Shown one piece after another: positions 8,939-18,369 of a stretch of DNA of 64,000 nucleotides. A program made the translations under genes and the position numbers. This stretch comes from Bacteroidales bacterium (lineage in GTDB: Bacteria > Bacteroidota > Bacteroidia > Bacteroidales > JAAUTT01), in NCBI GenBank assembly GCA_036261135.1, contig DATALJ010000108.1, positions 15,971-79,970 on the forward strand, written 5' to 3'. The notes under the pieces are model-generated. The model saw nothing but the letters and a program-made list of their open reading frames with translations, did no database searches and had not been told where the DNA came from. Numbering within the stretch: position 1 is the first letter of the stretch; each line of letters opens with the position of its first letter.

Positions 8939-11900
8939 ATGAAAATAACTGATATATCAATCAAACGGACAACAATACCTGTTGTTATATTCGTTTTACT
9001 TGCGCTTGGAGGGCTGTTCAGCTATACACTGCTGAATAAGGAACTGGCTCCGACCATGGATGTACCTATAAACACGATAACCACTATTTACCCGGGTGCA
9101 GCTCCTCTGGAAGTTGAGAGCTCGGTTACCAAAAAGGTGGAAGAAGCTGTTGCTGCTATCGAAGGTATTGATAAAATTACCTCCTACTCCTTCGAAGGTG
9201 TTTCTATGGTGATGATCCAGTACAAGGACGATGTTGATGCCGATCTTGCGCTTCAGGAATGCGAACGGAAGATAAATGCTATCAACGAAAACCTTCCAGA
9301 AAACAGCAAGGATCCTCGCTTTGCCAAGTTCGATATGAACTCGTTCCCAATTATGACCATTGCAGCGAATGCCAATATCCCTGAAACTGAGTTTTACGAT
9401 CTTATTGACCAGGATATCAAATCCAAACTCTCGCAGATTAAAGGTGTTGCGCAAGTGGATCTGATTGGTGGTAACCAGCGCGAAATTGAAATTAAGGCAA
9501 ACGCTCAAAAGCTTCAGCAGTATGGTATTTCGCTGCTTCAGGTGCAGCAGGTTATTCAGGCTGCAAACGTCGACTTCCCTACGGGGAAAATTAAGGACGA
9601 TAATACCAAGTATATCATCCGTATAGCCGGTAAGTTTGAGAACCTTGAGCAAATCAGAAACCTGGTTGTAAGCTCCAAGGACGGTTCTAATGTTAAAATT
9701 AGCGATGTAGCTACGGTTGTTGATGGAACCCGCAAGCCAACCCGGCTTGCACGTATTAATGGCCAGGCCGCAATTGGCTTGACCATACAAAAGCAAACCG
9801 ATGGTAACGCTGTAGAAATAAGCAAAGAAGTACAGACCGTGCTTGCCGATTTCGAAAAAGCATACGCAGGCCAGAACCTTAAATTCAACATAGCCAGCGA
9901 CGTTTCGGTATTTACCAATGAAGCCATCGAAGGCGTAATGATCGACCTGGTATTCGCGATTGTTCTGGTTTCAGTAACCATGCTATTATTCCTGCATACG
10001 TTCCGTAACCTGGTGTTCATCTTCGTATCCATTCCAACGTCAATCATTTCAACCTTTACCTTTTTCTGGATGTTCGGGTTTTCGCTTAACCTGCTCACTC
10101 TGTTGGCCATGTCCATTGTAGTTGGGGTAATTGTTGACGATGCCATTGTTGTTCTCGAAAACATATACCGCCACCTCGAAATGGGGAAAAGCCGCTGGCA
10201 GGCTACTCTAGATGCCACCAAGGAAATCGGTATAACAGTAAGCTCAATAACCGTTGTATTGGTGGCTGTGTTCCTTCCTATTGGTTTAACTGTAGGTTTA
10301 ACAGGACAGGTACTGCGTTCGTTCTCTATTGTTTTAGTAATATCAATTCTTTTAAGTCTTTTGGTGTCGTTTACCCTTGTTCCTTTGCTTACTTCCCGCT
10401 TTGCAAAACTTAAGGAATTTGACCGTAAAAAGCCCTTCGATAGGTTTTTGCTTTGGGTAGAGCATATTATCACCTGGTTGCGTTTAACCATGATTTCGGG
10501 TACCCGATGGGCGTTGAATCACAAACGCATAACCATAGGGGTATCCACTGTACTGCTCTTCGGATCATTCTATCTTGTGGGAGGGGGCTTTATACAAACC
10601 GACTTTATGGATGCAGGCGACCGTGGGGAATTTTTGGTTACCATGGAGCTGGACCGTACGGCAACACTCGAACAGACCAATGGTATGTGTTTCGCCATAG
10701 AAAAGAAATTGCTCGAATACCCCGAAGTAAAGAAAGTATTTACCAAAGTAGGGGTCAAAAGTGGGACTCTGAGCGTAACTGAAGCTCCTTATGGCGCAGA
10801 ATTCAACGTTCAGCTGGTCGACAGGGATAAAAGAGCCCTGAACTCTAAACTCTTTTCGAAAAAGCTTCAAAACGAGCTGGGTTCAATATTTCCAGGCCCT
10901 AAATTCAAAATTTCCGAGCTGAGTATGATGGGTAACACCACCACGCCGCTCGAAATATATGTTCGCAGCATCGATTTCGAAAAGGCAAAGGCCTATAGCC
11001 AAATAGTAACAAGGGAATTGCGTGATATTGAAGGTACCACCGACATTGAATCGAGCGTAGAAAGCGGCGATAAGGAAATTGTGATCCGATTCGACCGTGA
11101 GAAACTGGCCAAATTGGGTCTTACCATCGGCGAAGTAGGTTCTCAGATGTACATTTCGTTCGAAGGGAACCGCGATCTGAAATTCCGTGACGGAAGCAAT
11201 GAATACGATCTGTTTATATCGCTTGACGAATTCGACCGCAAGAGCAAAAGCGACATCGAAAACATTGCCTTTAGCAATCGATCGGGGCAGCTTATTAAGC
11301 TCTCGCAGGTAGCTGATATAACCGAAGGCGAAAGCCCTTCAACACTCATCCGCTTCAAAAAGATGCCATCGGTAAGAATTACCGGTAACATGATTGGTAA
11401 AACCGTTGGTACAGTGGGTAATGAAATTAAGGCGCGACTTGCACAAAACCCCATGCCTGCCGGAGTTGATGTTTACTATGCCGGTAACATGGAGCAGCAA
11501 TCCAAATCGTTTGCCAGCCTTGGCATAGCCTTTCTTGCCTCCATCATCTTTATGTATCTAATAATGGTTGCGCTGTACGATAGTTATATCTACCCCATGG
11601 TAGTTATGCTTTCGCTGCCACTATCGTTTATCGGGGCATTGCTCGCGTTGGCCCTTGCGGGTAAAAGCTTAAGCTTGTTTTCTTTCATGGGTATCATCAT
11701 GCTTATGGGGCTGGTTGCCAAAAACGCCATATTGGTGGTCGACTATGCCAATGGTTTGCAGGGAAAAGGTAAAAAAGCCTTTATTGCTATTATTGAAGCG
11801 ACCAATGTGCGCTTCCGTCCTATTTTAATGACCAACCTGGCACTTATTGTCGGTCTTTTGCCTATTGCACTTGGTTCAGGCGCAGGTGCAGAATGGAAAA

Positions 11901-12073
11901 ACGGCTTGGGATGGGTTCTTATAGGCGGGTTAACATGTTCCATGTTCCTTTCGCTTATCATTGTTCCAGTGCTTTATGTTATCCTGGATAAACTGGTAAA
12001 AAAGAAATCGAGCGCTGATATTGAAAAGGAACTCATTTACAAAAACAAAGAATTAAAAATAACTATAAACTAA
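8939..12073 (+). CDS. RND multidrug efflux permease (AcrB/HAE1 family)
   Basis: 1044 aa with 12-TM RND architecture and conserved segments such as VGVIVDDAIVVLENIYRH. Confidence 0.95.
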   Translation: MKITDISIKRTTIPVVIFVLLALGGLFSYTLLNKELAPTMDVPINTITTIYPGAAPLEVESSVTKKVEEAVAAIEGIDKITSYSFEGVSMVMIQYKDDVDADLALQECERKINAINENLPENSKDPRFAKFDMNSFPIMTIAANANIPETEFYDLIDQDIKSKLSQIKGVAQVDLIGGNQREIEIKANAQKLQQYGISLLQVQQVIQAANVDFPTGKIKDDNTKYIIRIAGKFENLEQIRNLVVSSKDGSNVKISDVATVVDGTRKPTRLARINGQAAIGLTIQKQTDGNAVEISKEVQTVLADFEKAYAGQNLKFNIASDVSVFTNEAIEGVMIDLVFAIVLVSVTMLLFLHTFRNLVFIFVSIPTSIISTFTFFWMFGFSLNLLTLLAMSIVVGVIVDDAIVVLENIYRHLEMGKSRWQATLDATKEIGITVSSITVVLVAVFLPIGLTVGLTGQVLRSFSIVLVISILLSLLVSFTLVPLLTSRFAKLKEFDRKKPFDRFLLWVEHIITWLRLTMISGTRWALNHKRITIGVSTVLLFGSFYLVGGGFIQTDFMDAGDRGEFLVTMELDRTATLEQTNGMCFAIEKKLLEYPEVKKVFTKVGVKSGTLSVTEAPYGAEFNVQLVDRDKRALNSKLFSKKLQNELGSIFPGPKFKISELSMMGNTTTPLEIYVRSIDFEKAKAYSQIVTRELRDIEGTTDIESSVESGDKEIVIRFDREKLAKLGLTIGEVGSQMYISFEGNRDLKFRDGSNEYDLFISLDEFDRKSKSDIENIAFSNRSGQLIKLSQVADITEGESPSTLIRFKKMPSVRITGNMIGKTVGTVGNEIKARLAQNPMPAGVDVYYAGNMEQQSKSFASLGIAFLASIIFMYLIMVALYDSYIYPMVVMLSLPLSFIGALLALALAGKSLSLFSFMGIIMLMGLVAKNAILVVDYANGLQGKGKKAFIAIIEATNVRFRPILMTNLALIVGLLPIALGSGAGAEWKNGLGWVLIGGLTCSMFLSLIIVPVLYVILDKLVKKKSSADIEKELIYKNKELKITIN

Positions 12074-12113
12074 TGTTTTTCATATTTAAGAAGAGAGCCT
12101 CAAAGTCAAGTAA

Positions 12114-12139
12114 TAAGCGTAGTCAGGAGACTACGCTTA
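12114..12139 (+). terminator. stem-loop downstream of the RND gene
   Basis: TAAGCGTAGTC-AGGA-GACTACGCTTA is a perfect 11-bp stem with a 4-nt loop. No T-run follows. Confidence 0.55.
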
Positions 12140-12220
12140 GCTGAGGAGCTGGCGCGCATTTATAACGCGTGCCATTTACAATGTTTTAGAATAGCTTCTT
12201 CTTTAATTATTTCAATTATC

Positions 12221-12466
12221 ATGAAAACCAAACTAATACTAACCACCCACACGAAAGCATTTGAGTTCTGGACCAATCTACCCTTCATTCCGCGAACCGG
12301 CGAATGGCTGAATGTTAAGGATATTCTGCTTCCACAAGAAATCGATAATATCATACAATCGGCCAATCAATGGAATGGCGAAAAAGGTATTATTCAGTGG
12401 GTTGAATACAGACATGATGATAATGATTTCTTTCTGGAAATCAGGGTATCATGCGAAGATGAATAA
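12221..12466 (+). CDS. hypothetical small protein (81 aa)
   Basis: ORF bracketed by two hairpins. No signal peptide and no recognisable motif. Confidence 0.35.
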   Translation: MKTKLILTTHTKAFEFWTNLPFIPRTGEWLNVKDILLPQEIDNIIQSANQWNGEKGIIQWVEYRHDDNDFFLEIRVSCEDE

Positions 12467-12474
12467 ACATAAAA

Positions 12475-12504
12475 AAAGAGACTATTCTCTCGAATAGCCT
12501 CTTT
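12475..12504. terminator. bidirectional stem-loop between convergent genes
   Basis: AAAGAGACTATTC-TCTC-GAATAGCCTCTTT is a 13-bp stem with 1 mismatch, flanked by an A-run and a T-rich run. Confidence 0.6.
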
Positions 12505-12525
12505 TAAATTTACCTAATCATCAAT

Positions 12526-15500
12526 TTATTGTACGATAAGCTTTTTATTGAGTAATTCTTGCTTACCTACAACTTTCACAAAGTATACACCCGGTGCATA
12601 CCCTGTTATGTCGAGCTCATATACATCCTGATTTTCCGTTTCCACGATTTTAACCATTCTGCCATTACTATCGAGTAGGAATACTTTCACTTTCTCTTTC
12701 TCCATATGCTGAGCAAAGCGAATGTATACTTTTCCCGAAGCAGGATTAGGATACACTTCTGCTGAAACCTGGTTATCATTGTCTGCAATTCCTGTAGCAG
12801 GACTAACAGTAATATATCCGGTCTTTGTTTCGGTATCTGTTGATCCGGTTTTGGAAACAACCAGTTTTACAGTATAAGTACCGGAAGTGGTGTATGTAAA
12901 CGATGGATTTTTGGTTGTTGCATCAACGGTTCCATCGTTGTCGAAATCCCAGGCCCAGGTTGTAGGCGTTCCTGTAGACTGATCAGTGAAATTAACCTGT
13001 AATGGAGCTGAACCAGTGGTTTTATTTGCTGTAAATGCAGCTTCAACCGGAGCAGAAACAGTTATGTAGGCTGTCTTTGTTTCGGTATCCGAAGATCCGG
13101 TTTTGGAAGCAACCAGTTTTACCGTATAAGTGCCAGCAGCCGAATACGTGTACGACGGATTCTGCGTAGTAGCGTCTACTGTACCATCGTTGTTGAAATC
13201 CCAGGCCCAGGTTGTTGGTGTTCCTGTAGATTGATCGGTAAAATTAACCTGGAGTGGAGCAAGTCCTGAAGTTACATTTGCAGAGAAAGCAGCTTCTACC
13301 GGAGCAGAAACAGTTATGTATGCCGTCTTTGTTTCAGTATCCGAAGATCCGGTTTTGGAAGCAACCAATTTTACGGTATAAGTACCAGCTGCCGAATACG
13401 TGAACGACGGATTCTGCGTAGTAGCATCTACTGTACCATCGTTGTTAAAGTCCCAGGCCCAGGTTGTAGGTGTTCCTGTAGATTGATCGGTGAACGAAAC
13501 TACCAACGGACTTACTCCCGATGTTTTATTGGCTGTGAATTGAGCATCCACGGGTACATCAACCCTAATTTCATCAATTCCAATATCCGAGTTTCCACAA
13601 TCAGAAGTAGCCTTAAACCTCAGAACTGCATTTGACGATGTTATGTTCCCCAAATCAACAGAGACTTCTGTCCACTGATAATTGTATGATTCTGTAACTA
13701 AAGCATCCCCGAATGTCAGTCCTCCATCAACTGAGAGATAAACTTTTAAAAAGTCGCTTCCACCCGCATTGATATTCTGAAAGGTTAGTCTTTTGTTTCC
13801 TGCCAATGAAGAAAAATCAATATAAAAATCCAGGTATCCCGACTTGCCGGTATTTGCATAATAAGAATGAAAGCGTGCCGAATGCAAAGTATTTAATGCA
13901 CCTTCAGGACTATATGAACCATAATTATTGGACCAAACCCCTCTTGCGTAACCATCATCCGATCTGCTCCAGGAGGAATCGGTAGTTGCAGGTGAATTAA
14001 TCGCATATATTGAAGGGACATCGCGGGTAGCTCCTCTATTTACCCATTCATTTTCGAAATTCTCGGTAAATGGTAATGGTGCCTTATTGCAGGTTGTTAT
14101 GTATTGATTCTTTATTCGCGAAGCTATTGCTCCCGGTTTTGAGGTTACCAGTTTTACCGAATAAGACCCGATAGTTGTAAAGGTATAAGATGGATTTTGC
14201 GTTGTAGCATCCGTAATGCCGTCGTTATTGAAATCCCATGCCCAGGTTGTCGGTTCACCGGTGGACTGATCGGAAAAATTGACAGTGAAAGGGATTGGCC
14301 CAGTTTTTTTGTCAGCAGTAAATTCTGCGTTAATTGGTGTACTGGTTCCTATAGAAATTTCATCCAATCCGATATCCCAACTGCCATACGAGCCCTTTCC
14401 CTTAAACCGGACGATGCCTGTTGCCGTAGTTACATTTCCTAAATCGACAGTAACCATTGTCCAGGCATCAACAACACCCCTTTTATCAAGTAAATTGAAA
14501 GTAGCACCATTATCAGTAGACAAATACACTTTCAAAGAATCTCTTTCACTATAGCTTAAATACCAAAATGTAAGCGATTTACTTCCAGCAAGGGTGGAGA
14601 AATTAATATAATAATCCAGATTACCCTCTGCGGAAGTACTACATGAGTGGAATCTTGCTGAATGCCCTGTATTATTAGCTCCTACCGGAGTATAGTTTCC
14701 ATACGAACTGCCCCAGGCCCCTCTTTTTTCGCCATCATCATTACGACTCCAGGAATTATTGTCAGTTGCAGGAGAATTTACCACATACAGCGAGGGAACA
14801 TCGCGTGTTGCAGCTCTACTAATCCAATCGCCTTCAAAATTTTCGAATAATGGCAATGAAGCATAGCCACCCACAAAAATGGAGGCATTTTTTGAAATCG
14901 TTTCGGAGGAACCGGTTTTGTATGCCCTAAATTTAACCGAATAAACACCGGGCGTACTATAAGTGTGTGTTGCGTTTTGTGTAGATGCATCTACAGTTCC
15001 GTTGTTATCAAAATCCCACTCCCAATTGGTTGGGGCACCTGTTGATACATCTTTAAAACTCATAGTAAATGGAGCTATACCATAGGGAGTACCTGTATAA
15101 TAATCAGCCTTAACCGGCGATGCAGAAGGACTTTCAACGTAAATCTGATCCAGTCCGATATCACTCATCCCATTATCACCATAGGCAACAAACCGTACAA
15201 CACCTGTAGCAGAATTTACATCTCCCAATTCGACCTTAACATAGGTCCATGATGCAGCAACTTTTTGAACAGAAAGCCCTTTTCCAAAACTTGCCCCACC
15301 ATCTGTTGACAGGAACACTTTCAAGCTGTCCGATCCACTGGTATTGATATACCAAAAGCTTAGTGTTTTTGAACCTGCTTGCGTCGAAAAGTTAAGATTA
15401 AGATCCAGGTAACCACTTCTGCTTGTGCTATAAGTATGAATACGGGCCGAATGGTTTGTGCCATGTGCACCTTGAGGGAGATAACCGCCAGAATAGAAAT

Positions 15501-16518
15501 AATCATCGCGTCTCCACGAATTACTTCCTGTCGAATACTGATTTCTGAAATAAAGCGAAGGAACATCCGCTATGCTATCGCGGTTTATCCAATTGTTTTC
15601 GAAATTTTCGGTAAAAGGTAAACTGGCATAAGTTTGAGGGAGAACAATAATGTAATTGCTTTTTGTTTTTGAGAACGTTTCCGATCCTTTCGTACCTGTG
15701 AATTTAACTGAGTACGTCCCTGGAGTTGTATATGTATAACGGAAACCTTGCGTGGACGCATCTGCCGTACCATCATTATTAATGTCCCATTCCCACGCAG
15801 TTAAATCGATTGACGAAGAATCGGCAAACTGAATAGTAACCGGAGCCATTCCCGTATGTCTGCTGGCGAAAAAATCTAGCGTAATTGGAGTTGTAGGTGT
15901 TGTAACGCTTACATTATCGATACCTAAATCATCAGCGCCATAATCGCCTATTCCAACAAAGCGCAATACACATGTTGCTGATGTGGTTGATCCCAGGCTA
16001 ACCGAATATTTTGTCCATTTATTGGTTGGGTTGGTATTTAATTTAATAATAGGTTCCCCAAATGAAGTGCCGCCATCGGTAGAAAAATAGACCTTTAAAC
16101 TATCTACACCACTGGGATTAATATACCAAAAGGTCAATGTTTTTGTATCCGCATAACCCGAACAGTCGAGGTACAAGTCTAAAACACCTTTATTCTTCTT
16201 TGGCACAATATAAGCACGAAATCGGGCCGAATGGTTTGAGTAATTTGCACCGGAAGGGGAATATGCACCTCCCATACCACTCCATGCTCCACGATTCTGG
16301 CCATCATCATCCCTGCTCCAGGATGAGTCCGTAGTTGCAGGGGTATTCTTCCAATACGCAGAAGGGACATCGCGGGTAGCATCTTTATTTACCCAGGTAC
16401 CCTCAAATTGCTCATTAAAAGGCAAAGGAGCATACGTTTGTGCCGAATTTTTCTGATTTACGAAAAACCCGAAAAAAGATAAAGCAAGTAACAGAATGTA
16501 AAATTTCTTCATACGCAT
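12526..16518 (-). CDS. T9SS-secreted modular protein: 4 MAM/choice-of-anchor-J-like modules + 6 PKD domains + Por C-terminal sorting domain
   Basis: Signal peptide MRMKKFYILLLALSFFGFFVNQKNSAQ. The module (PLPFxENFExxW...RDVPSxY...SWSRxDDG...HSARFH...LTFWYIN...DSLKVYLSTDGGxTFG) occurs four times. PKD motif FxDxSTGxPTxWxWDFxNDGTxDA...Y occurs six times. C-terminus VYPNPASGKVYIRF...GVYFVKVVGKQELLNKKLIVQ. Confidence 0.85.
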   Translation of the reverse strand: MRMKKFYILLLALSFFGFFVNQKNSAQTYAPLPFNEQFEGTWVNKDATRDVPSAYWKNTPATTDSSWSRDDDGQNRGAWSGMGGAYSPSGANYSNHSARFRAYIVPKKNKGVLDLYLDCSGYADTKTLTFWYINPSGVDSLKVYFSTDGGTSFGEPIIKLNTNPTNKWTKYSVSLGSTTSATCVLRFVGIGDYGADDLGIDNVSVTTPTTPITLDFFASRHTGMAPVTIQFADSSSIDLTAWEWDINNDGTADASTQGFRYTYTTPGTYSVKFTGTKGSETFSKTKSNYIIVLPQTYASLPFTENFENNWINRDSIADVPSLYFRNQYSTGSNSWRRDDYFYSGGYLPQGAHGTNHSARIHTYSTSRSGYLDLNLNFSTQAGSKTLSFWYINTSGSDSLKVFLSTDGGASFGKGLSVQKVAASWTYVKVELGDVNSATGVVRFVAYGDNGMSDIGLDQIYVESPSASPVKADYYTGTPYGIAPFTMSFKDVSTGAPTNWEWDFDNNGTVDASTQNATHTYSTPGVYSVKFRAYKTGSSETISKNASIFVGGYASLPLFENFEGDWISRAATRDVPSLYVVNSPATDNNSWSRNDDGEKRGAWGSSYGNYTPVGANNTGHSARFHSCSTSAEGNLDYYINFSTLAGSKSLTFWYLSYSERDSLKVYLSTDNGATFNLLDKRGVVDAWTMVTVDLGNVTTATGIVRFKGKGSYGSWDIGLDEISIGTSTPINAEFTADKKTGPIPFTVNFSDQSTGEPTTWAWDFNNDGITDATTQNPSYTFTTIGSYSVKLVTSKPGAIASRIKNQYITTCNKAPLPFTENFENEWVNRGATRDVPSIYAINSPATTDSSWSRSDDGYARGVWSNNYGSYSPEGALNTLHSARFHSYYANTGKSGYLDFYIDFSSLAGNKRLTFQNINAGGSDFLKVYLSVDGGLTFGDALVTESYNYQWTEVSVDLGNITSSNAVLRFKATSDCGNSDIGIDEIRVDVPVDAQFTANKTSGVSPLVVSFTDQSTGTPTTWAWDFNNDGTVDATTQNPSFTYSAAGTYTVKLVASKTGSSDTETKTAYITVSAPVEAAFSANVTSGLAPLQVNFTDQSTGTPTTWAWDFNNDGTVDATTQNPSYTYSAAGTYTVKLVASKTGSSDTETKTAYITVSAPVEAAFTANKTTGSAPLQVNFTDQSTGTPTTWAWDFDNDGTVDATTKNPSFTYTTSGTYTVKLVVSKTGSTDTETKTGYITVSPATGIADNDNQVSAEVYPNPASGKVYIRFAQHMEKEKVKVFLLDSNGRMVKIVETENQDVYELDITGYAPGVYFVKVVGKQELLNKKLIVQ
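12795..13550. repeat. 3 x 252-bp near-identical tandem repeat (PKD domains 4-6) inside the T9SS gene
   Basis: CCGGAGCAGAAACAGTTATGTA recurs at 13047 and 13299, exactly 252 bp apart. The encoded 84-aa units are nearly identical (VEAAF(S/T)AN...TKTAYITVSAP). Confidence 0.85.
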
Positions 16519-16690
16519 TTTATTAAGTTTTATACTTAAAAATGCAGGTTGTAACGCTATTTTTTAGCAATTGAGTTATTGAATGGTGAATAATTAACCG
16601 TGAGTGGTTTTATGATTGTGTGAATGGTAAATTGCGATATTTGTGATGCATATATTTGAAGTCGATGTATTAATTTCACTGTTCAGCGTC

Positions 16691-16838
16691 ACTCCGAAAG
16701 GGTAAAATTTTACTCTGAAAGGGTAAAACTTAACTCCGAACGACAAAAATTTCACTCCGAATGGGTCATAACCCACTCCGAAAGGCAAAAACTTAAGTCT
16801 GAATGGGGTAAAAACTATTCTGTAGGTCAAAAGTCAAT
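16691..16838. repeat. phased tandem array, about 7 degenerate copies of a 21-bp unit (ACTCCGAAAGGGTAAAANTTN)
   Basis: Units start at 16691, 16712, 16733, 16754 and 16775 (exactly 21 bp apart), then 16796 (a 22-bp unit) and 16818 (degenerate). The array lies 173-320 nt upstream of the T9SS gene start. Confidence 0.85.
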
Positions 16839-16856
16839 CGCAAAATGATACGAAGG

Positions 16857-17025
16857 TGCAATTCCAGCAAAGGCCCATGACCGTCAAGCTAACAAGTGTT
16901 GAATTGCCGTTGACTTTAGTCAACGGTTTGGAACTACTAAGCTAAAAAGGCTTTAGCCAAAACTTTTTAAAATTTGGCTAAAGCCAGCTTCGTAGCAAAC
17001 GGATTCCGGCCTTCGCCGGAATGAC
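16857..17025. repeat. REP/MITE-like structured repeat, long form, complete copy
   Basis: Degenerate left terminus (C)AATTCCAGCAAAGGCC and right terminus ATTCCGGCCTTCGCCGGAATGAC, which is the reverse complement of GTCATTCCGGCGAAGGCCGGAAT. Internal hairpins are CCGTTGAC-TTTA-GTCAACGG and GGCTTTAGCC-17nt-GGCTAAAGCC. Confidence 0.75.
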
Positions 17026-17046
17026 ATTTTCGGAGCTTAATTCTTG

Positions 17047-18111
17047 CTACTTATACCTCTTTTTGAACTCCTTAACCTCCCGTATCATTTTCCCAAACTG
17101 CTTTCCAAGGCGCTTCTTATCCTCGGCTTTCAGGGCAAAATGGGCTTGTTCACGCACCAGTTTAATATAATTGTTATACTGAACAGCCTCCAGGGTTCCA
17201 TTCGCCAGAGCTGCCAATACAGCGCATCCTGCTTCGTTGATATGGCGACAATCGGCATAATGGCAGTAGGATGCCAGTTCATCTATTGCCGGGAAAAGCG
17301 TATTGGATGATGTTTCCTCGTCAAAAGCCACACCAAACTCGCGCATTCCGGGAGAATCAATTACAAGGCTTCCATTCGGCAATTGAAACATGTCCCGGGT
17401 AGTGGTTACATGTTTTCCCTTACCAGTAGAAGCACTTATTTCGCCTGTTTCGCGCTTAATATCGGTCTTTAAGGCCTTCAGCAACGAGCTTTTACCTACT
17501 CCGGACGAGCCAATAAGAATGTATGTCTTTGCCGGATAAAGCGCCTTCTCCAAAATATCTGAAATACCGTATTGTGTATATGTACTGCATAAATATACCT
17601 GACAATTCCGGTGCAATTTACTTACTTCATTCTTGTAGAATTCAGGATTATCCGTTAAATCCATCTTATTGAGAATAACAATGGGCTCTATTCCGCAGGC
17701 CAATACCTGTACAATGTACCGTTCGAGCCTGGCTACATTGAAATTCTGATCGATACCCTGTACAATAAAGGCATAGTCAATATTCGCAGCCAGCACCTGT
17801 TTTTCTGTCTTGTTTCCCGGACTTTTTCTTGTGAGAGCATTGGTACGCGGCAGCAAATCAATGATGTATCCTAACGAATCGTAGGGCATATAAAACACCC
17901 AGTCGCCCACCTTTGGCAAATGCTCGGAATCGTTACCGTACAACATTTTACCTGAGAGCTCCGCCTCTATTTCTTCGTTGTTTGTGATAAGAAGGTATTT
18001 AAAACCCTGGATAGATATCACTCTTCCGATTTCAAACCCTTGATTATGTTTGTTACGATATTCGTTATAAAAATTATTCCAGCCGAAATTTTCTAAATTT
18101 TTCATTTTCAT
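17047..18111 (-). CDS. rsgA: ribosome small-subunit-dependent GTPase A
   Basis: Circularly permuted GTPase motifs (ILNKMDL ... GSSGVGKSSLLKAL) and a C-terminal zinc knuckle CHYADCRHINEAGCAV. Confidence 0.9.
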   Translation of the reverse strand: MKMKNLENFGWNNFYNEYRNKHNQGFEIGRVISIQGFKYLLITNNEEIEAELSGKMLYGNDSEHLPKVGDWVFYMPYDSLGYIIDLLPRTNALTRKSPGNKTEKQVLAANIDYAFIVQGIDQNFNVARLERYIVQVLACGIEPIVILNKMDLTDNPEFYKNEVSKLHRNCQVYLCSTYTQYGISDILEKALYPAKTYILIGSSGVGKSSLLKALKTDIKRETGEISASTGKGKHVTTTRDMFQLPNGSLVIDSPGMREFGVAFDEETSSNTLFPAIDELASYCHYADCRHINEAGCAVLAALANGTLEAVQYNNYIKLVREQAHFALKAEDKKRLGKQFGKMIREVKEFKKRYK

Positions 18112-18310
18112 TCAATTCATTTGGACAATGGAAAGCACAACTAACCAATGCCTTGTTAAACTTAAGTTTCATACAACAGCAGTTATTCGCAGGCAACAAA
18201 ACCAAAGCCTGCTTAAGCTACAATCATCCCGGCTGGGAGAAGATAATATGAATTGAAAATTGTTTTCATCCGATGCAAATGTAGGAAGAAATTGGCAAAA
18301 CGGCAGTCTA

Positions 18311-18350
18311 AAAAACAAAAATCCTGCAAATGCCGGGCACTTGCAGGATT
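18311..18350 (-). terminator. rho-independent terminator downstream of the OM barrel gene
   Basis: The minus strand reads AATCCTGCAA-11nt-TTGCAGGATT followed by TTTTTGTTTTTT. Confidence 0.75.
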
Positions 18351-18369
18351 CGAAGTACTAAATATTTAA

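Noticed and set aside
8996-10491. Long antisense ORFs (266 and 311 aa) inside the RND permease gene, and similar antisense ORFs elsewhere (e.g. 28334-28786, 33417-33827, 40123-40548)
   Set aside because: They lie fully inside strongly supported genes on the opposite strand. They have low-complexity, Ser/Arg/Thr-rich composition and match no recognisable family, so they are typical shadow ORFs.
16594-16830. 78-aa ORF on the minus strand with heptad-like repeats (PFGVKFY...)
   Set aside because: The open frame is a by-product of the 21-bp (7-codon) DNA repeat array. It has no signal, no plausible start context and no protein-like composition outside the repeat, so I treat it as non-coding.
16691-16838. 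Possible CRISPR array
   Set aside because: The repeats are contiguous 21-bp units with no unique spacers between them, they are degenerate, and no cas genes are nearby.
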